From a virus (Duplodnaviria > Caudoviricetes), in IMG/VR virus record IMGVR_UViG_3300037067_009374, positions 27,076 through 91,075 of that record: a stretch of 64,000 bases of DNA. One strand, 5' to 3'. The position numbers and the translations under genes are program-made. Below, one piece after another: positions 42,691 through 51,159 of the stretch (position 1 is the first letter of the stretch; the number at the start of each line of letters is the position of its first letter). Under the pieces are notes generated by a model that worked only from the letters and a program-made list of their open reading frames with translations, was not told the DNA's origin and made no database searches.

Positions 42691-42724
42691 AAAAAAGAGA
42701 CTGACTAAAAGTACAGTCAGTCTC
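42691..42724 (-). terminator. Terminator-like hairpin plus U6 upstream of ORF 42448-42663
   Basis: GAGACTGACT/AGTCAGTCTC stem followed by U6 on the minus strand. Confidence 0.65.
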
Positions 42725-42751
42725 AATTTTCAAGAGAAAAGAGAAAAGAGA

Positions 42752-43450
42752 AAACTTAATAGACGAACAAGAGTTAAGAAAAACTCTCTTGTTATATGAT
42801 TTAATCTCTTGTCTATCATCGAATATTGAAGTTTGTTGTGCACTCACTTCTTACGTTCTATACATGCTTAGTCTAAATTATCAGCTCTTACACTGATTCA
42901 AGTTCGCATGTAATTTTCATGCTTTTTCAGAGCATCAGTACAAAGCAAAAACTATTGATACTTTGCACTAGAACAGAACAAATAGACAAGAAAAGCACTA
43001 GCTTTCTATTCGCATTGTACTAACTATGCTTTTACTCGCATAGCATCAGCACAAGAGAACAAAACGCTTGTCAGTCTATTAAGTTTAAGTTGTCAATTTC
43101 GCATATCTGATTATCAGATAGCTACTTCGAAAGTAGTTTGCACTTGTTCACGCTTGCATTTCAGCTAACTGTTAGACTCAAATGAAAATGTCTTAGTCTA
43201 CTCGACATTGCAATCTACATGACTTGCTACTTTGACTCGTCAGCATCTACACTATGCTGACAGTAGCAATCAAAGCATTCTCAGTCTAACTATTCGCGCT
43301 TACTCTGCTTGTCTACTATCATCAGCAGTCAAACGATAGCGTCAAGTGCGTCTAGTTTGTCTCTGTCAGAGCTTGCTCTGTCTCGCGATTGCACTCTGAG
43401 AGTCTCTCGCTATATGCGAGTACAAGAGTAATCACATGCAAAAGTTGTAC
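42752..43450 (-). ncRNA. Candidate large structured non-coding RNA
   Basis: No ORF of 60 aa or more; nested long-range stems 42752-42764/43074-43086 and 42807-42816/42982-42991, plus many local hairpins. Confidence 0.5.
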
Positions 43451-43894
43451 TTAATTTGATTACTTTATTCTCAAAATTAACTTAACTTATTGAATTGATT
43501 AAAAGAAGAATAAGATTTAAAACACAATTGTCTCAAGATAGATGATACAATTATGTGATTAAAAAGACACAAAAATAAAAGAGTTATTATTAAAAGAAGA
43601 ATAAGATGTTAAAATAACTTTGTTATAACATAGTGTTACTAAAAAGATACAATGTTACTAAAAAGATAAGCAGAGTATAGCAGAGCAAACAAAGCACTCT
43701 CAGCATAGCGTCAAATAGCGTCTACAACGTGTCTAATTTTTGATTTAAGACACTTTCAGCATAGAGCACGAAGAAACACACACACAGAGCATAGCAGAGC
43801 AAACAAAGCACTCTAAGAACATACTCTATTAATGAAGTATAGATTAAGATCTTTTGCAAACTTAATCATACTAGTTTAGTTAAGATTAAGTTAC

Positions 43895-44235
43895 TGACAA
43901 TTATTGTCACCTAATCAGTTCAATATGAAACAAAGCAAAAACGATTGTGAAGAAACAAAACATTGATTTTAAAGCGTCTAATAAGCGTTTTTAGCAAGGC
44001 AAAAGTCAAAACGTATGTAACTACGTCTTAGCATGAGATCGTCGATTGACTAGTCATTCTTAGATTTAACAAAGTCAATAAAATCAATAAGTTAAAAAAT
44101 AGCGTTTTGTACAATATTCTACAAAACACTGACAATTATTGTCACCTAAGTAAAAACACTGACAATTAGCGTCACTGAAACAAGCAAGACACATATGTTG
44201 CAGTTTGTTGCATACGCTAGTGACAAAATATGTCA
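43895..44235. repeat. Four TGACA-N5-TGTCA palindromic boxes
   Basis: 43895-43909, 44130-44144, 44160-44174 (one mismatch), 44221-44235. Confidence 0.75.
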
Positions 44236-45027
44236 GTGTATCAAGATAATATGAGACAATAATGAGACAGACTTGAGACATGTATCAGTCATGAGACAGT
44301 GAGACAATAATGTGAGACAGAGTGTTTTGTATGTAGTGTAGTTGAGTAGAGTAGTGATAAGAGAGCAGGATAAAAGAGTATGGATGTTATGTGTAGTGCT
44401 ATTTGTGTAGAGCGGAGCGATATATCATGAGGAGCAGTAGTATGCTGGAGCATTATACATATGTACGTAGGATACATATGATTATATACTGTTCAATTAG
44501 CACAGGATATATGTGCATAGCATGTTCAATATACAAATAATGAGCGATAGTGTAATCATATCATATGCATATGATATGATATTACATACAGTAGTTTATC
44601 AGACGTTGACGAGAAAAGCTAATGAAATCAATTACTTAGCCCCCTCGCTCTATCTCAAACGATTTGTTGTGTTGCTCGCATGGGGGTACCCACCACAAAA
44701 TTTTTTCCAAATAAAGTGAATGTTGCTTAAAGGTCCAGAAAAATTTTTTCCAAATAAAGTCAAAGTAGAGATTACCTCCAGAACATTTTAAATATAAAAC
44801 ATAAACCTTAATACAATTTTTAAGTATTCTTTTCTTTTACTACACTACTGTCAAACCCTCATTTCATAACCATTAAATATATCTCCAGAAATTTTCAATA
44901 TAAACAGACTTACTTTTGGGTATTGTTCCTTTATTAACCTTTAAATTTCTATTTTTTCTGGAGACTAATAAATATTAAGGGAATCACTGTTCATCATTAC
45001 TGAATGAGAACCATAACTTTGAAAATG

Positions 45028-45068
45028 AAAAGGTTTATACAGTAGACAATATCCTGTATAAACCTTTT
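45028..45068. terminator. Bidirectional terminator-like hairpin
   Basis: AAAAGGTTTATACAG / CTGTATAAACCTTTT. Confidence 0.7.
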
Positions 45069-45133
45069 GAATTTTTATGTGTTTAGCTTCTTACTCAGAG
45101 TAGTCTAAAACATACAAATCTCTGTTGATTTTT

Positions 45134-45162
45134 TTGCAATATTTATAAGAGGGAATTATAAT
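45134..45162 (+). promoter_or_regulatory. Sigma70-type promoter
   Basis: TTGCAA-17 bp-TATAAT. Confidence 0.55.
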
Positions 45163-46366
45163 GAGGTTAAGCTGAAAAGAAACCTAAACAATACTGATAA
45201 AGTATTTCTTTTGGGTGGATATTACATGTATACTTAATCCAAAGTAAGTTGTTATGTCTGGGAGATAATCTATTTGTGAAAGGCGTTTTACATGGTCTTG
45301 AAGCTTTTTATAGAGAAAGGTTGATAGGAATATTGTGGTGGGGTTTTTATCTTGGAGTATTAACTGGTTGATTCTTTCTCTGATTATAGTCTCCAATGCA
45401 ACTCCAAAGAAGGTTGGTTGAGGTTTTTTAATGTATCTGTAATATGATGTGAGTACGTTTCTTGTCGGCATTTTATTTGCTTTCTGAGAGTTTAAGGGAT
45501 ATATGTTCCTTAGTTTGGATCATGCTTTTCGATACAATGTACATGTGCATAGTAATCTCTTTTTCCTGATGTGCAAGAGACATAAACTTCTTTTTCTTTC
45601 TTTTGGATAGGTTGGTTACAATAATGACAAATGTGGACAGGTTTGTAATCGTTATGTTTATGAAAAGGATGATTGTAAAGGGATATTGTCATTACTTAAT
45701 CCTTAAGGAAGAATAAGAAATAAATGGCATAAGATACACCTTGTAGCAGAATATTTATGAGTATCCAAATAAATATTTCTTTTAAGGACGCATTAATCAT
45801 CTCCAAATCTTTCTTTGTATTTAATTTCTGCTTGGACAAGCTTTAGAGCGGTGTTGGCAAAATTTTGACAGAACCATTCTTGCTCTGTAAGCCATTTAAG
45901 GTACCATAATGGACAATCTTCAATACCAACACCTTTAAATTTGCTTTTTTCAAATGGAATGACCCACACTGAATCTGCCATTATTTCTCCTAACTTTTTG
46001 TAAGTTACCACGATTATTCCACATTTTTAATGTCATCAGTATGCCACGGAGTGGACAATCTTCAGTTTTACACCCTAATTTCTTTGGAGTATTTTGAGAG
46101 TAAGCTGGTTCTTGCCCACACCATGGACATTTTTTCATACATGTGCTCCTATCATTTAAGCAAGTTCTCTGGTGTTTCATCTTCCAGTACAGCAATACGA
46201 TTTGGTCTGATATACTCCTCTGCTACAAATGCAAGAATATCTTGTCCAGGAATTGATATTTGATTTATTCTTTCCTCCTTACAATTATCATTCAAGATTG
46301 TTACATCTCCAGAGAAATCAGGATTAAACCAAAACACTGTTCCTTTTGGCGCTTTATAGGTATGGC

Positions 46367-46726
46367 TCATGCATGTACCCCTGCTACTTTATTGTTTTTT
46401 GAACGGTAAGCGAAAGATGTTGGAAGTGATCTAATATATTCACCACGAGACATCCATCTACAATTATCTGGTGAGAAATCTTTATTCTCATCAAGTCTCC
46501 CAAGTATTGCACCCCCTTCAGGTAATTTGCCCATATCATCTAAAAAGTTCCGGAAAGACTCTAACCATCTTTTACATACTTTGATTCCTCTACCCCCATA
46601 GAGATCATATCTTATGTAATGTAGATTGTAACACTTGTTTTTCATACCGTAATATAAACGGTATTCAGCAGATTCGATTCCCCCAATAGTATGTCCATGA
46701 ATTACTCCTTTCCCGTTTCTTGCCAT
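46367..46726 (-). CDS. HNH-type homing endonuclease-like protein (possibly degenerate)
   Basis: YGGRGIKVCKRW..F.NFL.DMG...FSPDNCRW. Confidence 0.75.
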   Translation of the reverse strand: MARNGKGVIHGHTIGGIESAEYRLYYGMKNKCYNLHYIRYDLYGGRGIKVCKRWLESFRNFLDDMGKLPEGGAILGRLDENKDFSPDNCRWMSRGEYIRSLPTSFAYRSKNNKVAGVHA

Positions 46727-46892
46727 TCCATCTCTCCCTTTTTAGTAGGTTAATTATTGATTAATATGCTATTATTAATCATAATAGCATATTATGAAAA
46801 TCCTTTTGCACTTTTTTGATTGACTTTTAAAAATTTAGGATAGATTCTTAAATATTATAAAACCAAGTAAATTTAATTTAAGGAGATTTGAA

Positions 46893-47495
46893 ATGGCTAA
46901 AGGAAACCCCCTACCCGTTACTTATGAAGTTAAAGCGGGCAAATTAAACTTCTTTGCTGGTACGTATAAAGGCAAAGCTCTTTTTTCTTGGGATATTGTA
47001 GCTTCTTGTACAGGGGACAAGTGTCCTGCTTATCTTCGTTGTCCATTTGATGATAAAGATGGTAAAAAGGATAGGTGTGTAGTTCAGTTAAAATATGTTA
47101 AGGCAGCAGGTATGATGATGTTTAAAAATTATGCTAAGGTGTTGTCTTCATTCCAGTTATATGCTTTTGGTCTTCATGTAATGCCTCTTATAGCTGCACT
47201 GATAAAATTGAAATTGATTGAAATTGGTTTGGGAGTTGAAGATATAGTACAAGTAGGAAAAACAAAGTACATACATCCTGTGTTTAGGGAAATAAGAGAA
47301 ACTATTAGAGCAATATATTCCACTTGCAGAGAAGTAGGGATAGATCCAAAAACTTTGATAGGTGCATTAAACAAACCAAAGAATGATATATTTGAACTTG
47401 ATCAAAGTGACTATGTAACAGAATTAATGGGAGAAACAGATTCTCCAACTTCTCCTCAAAGTTTTAATTTTAAATCCCCTTCACAAAAAGAGTAA
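46893..47495 (+). CDS. Putative terminase small subunit
   Basis: First gene of the late operon, directly before TerL; YIHPV motif. Confidence 0.5.
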   Translation: MAKGNPLPVTYEVKAGKLNFFAGTYKGKALFSWDIVASCTGDKCPAYLRCPFDDKDGKKDRCVVQLKYVKAAGMMMFKNYAKVLSSFQLYAFGLHVMPLIAALIKLKLIEIGLGVEDIVQVGKTKYIHPVFREIRETIRAIYSTCREVGIDPKTLIGALNKPKNDIFELDQSDYVTELMGETDSPTSPQSFNFKSPSQKE

Positions 47496-47498
47496 TTT

Positions 47499-49391
47499 AT
47501 GTCAGTCCTTCCCATAAAAAGACGCCGAGTATCAACAGAACAAATCAAAGAAGAGAAACCTATAGGCAGAATAGCAAAATACAGGCAAGGCGCTGAAGGG
47601 TTTATATCCTGGTGTAATGAAAATGTAAGAATCAAGATATATCCAGAAGGTTCAGACATTGCTCAATGGTGTCCTATGAGCGAATTACCAGATACCCCTA
47701 ATCCGGAAACTGGTCGTAGTTATAGGGACATGTGGCTGTTTCAACAGGATCTAGTACGAGAAGCTCTTAAAATGGAAAACGGAAGGTTCATTTACCGACT
47801 TCTTGTTTTTTGTTGGATGCGTGGTGAAGGCAAATCATTACTCGCTTGTCTTATTCAATTATGGAAGTTCTTTTGTTGGCCCAAACAAGATATTGTTCTT
47901 GGTGCAAACAGCAAAGACCAGATTAAGTTTGTCCACTTTGATGTTATGTCTGATATAGTTCAACATTCTCCTGAATTATTGAAAATAGTAAAACAAAGAA
48001 ATGTTCAGCAAAAATCTATTCAAATAAAAGATAATAGTGGTCGTGTAGTAAGTACAATTCGTGCCCTGTCAAGCTTTTCAGGTATTGTATCAAACATTAC
48101 AGGATACACATTTTCTGAAATGTTCTCTATGAAAAATCCAAAGTTCTTTGTAGAGCTTGACGGTTCTATTCGTACAATATCTAATGCTTTAGGGGTGATA
48201 GACTCTACTGTATCCCCAAAACAACATCCATTGTATACAATGTGGAAAGACAAAGTAGAGAATAAACCAGGTACTGAAGGAATATTTTATTCGTACAGGT
48301 ATTCCGAAACTGGTGATAATAAAGATTGGTGGAATCCAAACATGACACAAAAGGAACTTGAGGGCTATAGAATCAAGTTTCCTTTTGGTGAATTTGAAAA
48401 ATTCTTTAAAAATTTGTGGTCAGCAGGTAAAATAAGGATATTCACCGATGAAATGATCGAAGCAATTTCCATTTATACTGTTGATGGGGCACTTGGTTGC
48501 CAAAATACTTTGATTGAATTACTTGAAGAAAAACATAGAATACTTAAACAAATCAGTGACCTTGGAATGAGGAATGTAGATGCCTTAGCTAGTAATGAAT
48601 CTCTTCTTGATGATATTGAAAAGAGATTCGGCAGAATAGCTAAAATCTATCAAATGCAAGATGCTTGGAATAGCAGACCTGCTACAATAGAAGAATTGAA
48701 TAAGCTTGGTACTTTATACGATACTAACTGGTCAATATTAGTTGGGATTGATCGTGCAGATCCAATGAAAACTCGTTCAAGTGCAAGAACTATGGTAACT
48801 TGTCTTGCAAAAGGTCTTCCTGGTTCTAAATCTAATCCATTTCAATTTTATGGAGAAGAAAATGTACCAAATTATTTGTATATAAGACTCCATCTTGCTG
48901 ATGTAACAGATCATTCTTTGGAAGGAATCAAAGAATTATTGAATCAATATCATGTAGAATATGATGGGATTGATTCAATTGGTGGAGAAAGATGGGGATT
49001 ATGGGATTTAGCACCCTGGGCAGAGGAAAGAAATATATCTTTTGATCTATTATTTCCCACTTATGATAGGCAAAGGTCTGCATTTGGTGAATTTTACTCT
49101 TCTGTATCAAAGGGATTGTTTAAATCTGCTCCTACAGGTATTCCTGGATCAAAATCAAGTGATATTCAGATAGAAGAAATGGAATTATTTGATCATGACG
49201 CACAAATAAAGTGGTTTGGTTCTCCTGAAAAAGAAGAAAAAGGTGGTGTGCAAGATGATTCCATCTTTGCAACAGGCTGGTCAATGTATTCAGGTAGAAA
49301 TCTGGGGGTAGAAAACTTCAAAGAACGTGGAAGTACTTCTCTTATCTTTGGTATATTCATTCAAGAAAAAGATGTTTTAGGAAAATATTAA
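47499..49391 (+). CDS. Terminase large subunit
   Basis: Walker A RGEGKS, ANSKDQ, nuclease motif VGIDRA...QDD; position before the portal gene. Confidence 0.85.
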   Translation: MSVLPIKRRRVSTEQIKEEKPIGRIAKYRQGAEGFISWCNENVRIKIYPEGSDIAQWCPMSELPDTPNPETGRSYRDMWLFQQDLVREALKMENGRFIYRLLVFCWMRGEGKSLLACLIQLWKFFCWPKQDIVLGANSKDQIKFVHFDVMSDIVQHSPELLKIVKQRNVQQKSIQIKDNSGRVVSTIRALSSFSGIVSNITGYTFSEMFSMKNPKFFVELDGSIRTISNALGVIDSTVSPKQHPLYTMWKDKVENKPGTEGIFYSYRYSETGDNKDWWNPNMTQKELEGYRIKFPFGEFEKFFKNLWSAGKIRIFTDEMIEAISIYTVDGALGCQNTLIELLEEKHRILKQISDLGMRNVDALASNESLLDDIEKRFGRIAKIYQMQDAWNSRPATIEELNKLGTLYDTNWSILVGIDRADPMKTRSSARTMVTCLAKGLPGSKSNPFQFYGEENVPNYLYIRLHLADVTDHSLEGIKELLNQYHVEYDGIDSIGGERWGLWDLAPWAEERNISFDLLFPTYDRQRSAFGEFYSSVSKGLFKSAPTGIPGSKSSDIQIEEMELFDHDAQIKWFGSPEKEEKGGVQDDSIFATGWSMYSGRNLGVENFKERGSTSLIFGIFIQEKDVLGKY

Positions 49392-49452
49392 AAACCATTA
49401 GATTGAAGTGGTTTTTCATTGACAATTATGGATAAAATACCTACTTCATCTA

Positions 49453-51159
49453 ATGGTATTGAATAATTCCCCTTCATTTCAGGAGTTCAATGTGCCAGAT
49501 CAAGAGTTGCTAAAGCAGCTTGAATCTATTCCAGATGAAGTTCTAAAGCATCTTGCTTTCTCTGTGCCTTGGCAATATTCTACAATGGTAAATTCCTATG
49601 ACGAACCAACTGATCTTCGATATACTTCCAAAGAAACATTCGCTGATGACCGTGAGACATTGCAAAAAGCTTGCTGGGAAAAATTTCATGATAATCCTCA
49701 TGTAAATACTTCTGTTCGTGGTCAAATAGGTCGTTTAACTGGTCTAGGATTCGAGTTCTCCTCTGAAATTGAAGAAATCCAAACTGCCATTGATGAAATA
49801 TACTATGATTTTCGTAATCGCCTATATGACATGTGGCCAAAGTTCATCGGTAGAAATTTTATTGAAGGGGAATTATTCAATTGTTTGACTTGTCATGAGG
49901 ATGGATTTATAGAAGTTGATTTTGTTGATCCAAGTGACATAAATGGGGCAGAAGTAGATGGAGTTATTTATCATCCTACTAAAGCTTCAATGCCTCTTGT
50001 TTATGAAATAAAGATGCAAACAGGAAATGGTCAATATAGAAATGTGCAGATACCTTCGATATATGTAGCTTACGATCCAAAACTTATTAACGTAGCTTCT
50101 CAAAGCGCAAGTTTTAGCTGGGATATGCTTAAATTTGCAAAAAGTGCAAATTCCAAGTTCAAAGCACTTGGTGGATATTACAGATTTATTACTCATTGGG
50201 ATAAATCTTTAATGTCCAAAAGGAACACCTCCCATCTTAGAACTGTTTTAAGATGGTTAAATATATATGAACAACTGAAATTTTACGAAGTGGACCATAA
50301 AAAGTCTGCTGGAGCTTTTGTTTGGGTAGCTCAGTTTGAAGATTGGAAGAGTTACCGTTTATTTTTGGCAATGACAGATGCAGAAAAACAAAAAACTGGT
50401 TTAGGTGGCAAATATACACCAGGTAGTAGGTTGTTTCTTCCACCAGGTATAAAACTTGAAGCTGTAAATCCAAAACTTCCAAATATTACCGAGTCTGATA
50501 CTGATATCTTGCACATGATAACATCTGGTCTCAATGAACCAGAAGACGTTTCAACAGGTCAATCAAAAGGTACTTTTGCTAGTGTAAAGGCTAGTAGAGG
50601 TCCAATGAGTGATAGAACCTCTGATGAGGTAGCATATCATGATCGTTATGCAAGATATGACTTTTGGAAACCTATATTTTTCCTAAAATCTGCAATATCT
50701 GATTTTCCGAAAGAATTTTCTGTTAAAGAAGTGGTTGGGTTTAATAAAACTAAACCTATTGAAAAAGAAGTAAAGAAGAAACCTGAAGACCTTATAGAAA
50801 TTGCGTATCCCACCTCTGATACTGCTGATACTGAAACGAAGGCTAGAGCATGGCTTGGGGTTAAACATGGTAGTACGAATGATACTCTTGGTATTAGTAA
50901 TAAGACAATTGCACAGAAAATGGGGGTACAGAATTACTATAAGGAAAGATTAAGGTTAGAAACAGAAAAAATTCGTTATCCTGAACTTCAAGTTGCTATT
51001 GATCAGGAGATGTTGCAAGAACAAAAATTGAATCAAAAATTACCTGGTCAACCAAATGCTCCTAGCAAACCTGGCCAACAAAAGCCTACTTTGCCTTTGA
51101 AACGTAAACCAACACAACCTCAAAAATCTGAGGATGAGAACAATGCCGACTCCGAATAA
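49453..51159 (+). CDS. Portal protein
   Basis: 568 aa, between TerL and the protease; IEGELF motif. Confidence 0.75.
   Translation: MVLNNSPSFQEFNVPDQELLKQLESIPDEVLKHLAFSVPWQYSTMVNSYDEPTDLRYTSKETFADDRETLQKACWEKFHDNPHVNTSVRGQIGRLTGLGFEFSSEIEEIQTAIDEIYYDFRNRLYDMWPKFIGRNFIEGELFNCLTCHEDGFIEVDFVDPSDINGAEVDGVIYHPTKASMPLVYEIKMQTGNGQYRNVQIPSIYVAYDPKLINVASQSASFSWDMLKFAKSANSKFKALGGYYRFITHWDKSLMSKRNTSHLRTVLRWLNIYEQLKFYEVDHKKSAGAFVWVAQFEDWKSYRLFLAMTDAEKQKTGLGGKYTPGSRLFLPPGIKLEAVNPKLPNITESDTDILHMITSGLNEPEDVSTGQSKGTFASVKASRGPMSDRTSDEVAYHDRYARYDFWKPIFFLKSAISDFPKEFSVKEVVGFNKTKPIEKEVKKKPEDLIEIAYPTSDTADTETKARAWLGVKHGSTNDTLGISNKTIAQKMGVQNYYKERLRLETEKIRYPELQVAIDQEMLQEQKLNQKLPGQPNAPSKPGQQKPTLPLKRKPTQPQKSEDENNADSE

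Larger units (their letters stand above)
41282..43910. other. GG/CC-dinucleotide-free region
   Basis: Line-by-line reading found no GG or CC between the CC at 41280-41281 and the CC at 43910-43911. Confidence 0.93.

Noticed and set aside
42123-42724. IS/MITE or integron cassettes
   Set aside because: No transposase or integrase, no evident target-site duplications, and the two inverted-repeat pairs differ in sequence.
41282-43910. GG-free block as a homopolymer-collapse or assembly artefact
   Set aside because: A/T runs are intact, ORFs stay in frame, the paralog alignment shows amino-acid substitutions rather than frameshifts, and inverted repeats pair correctly. Read-level confirmation is still desirable.
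41282-43910. Generic restriction-site or palindrome avoidance as the explanation
   Set aside because: GATC, GCGC, TCGA, AGCT, ACGT, GTAC and TGCA all occur in the block; only GG/CC is missing.
44555-44580. Protelomerase (hairpin telomere) target
   Set aside because: The palindrome is real, but no protelomerase is visible in the window and the phage has a conventional terminase.
44084-44719. Short ORFs in the repeat-rich gap
   Set aside because: They are low-complexity translations of repeats with no convincing RBS.
43499-44905. CRISPR array
   Set aside because: The repeats are heterogeneous pairs with irregular spacing, not a constant repeat-spacer period, and there are no cas genes.
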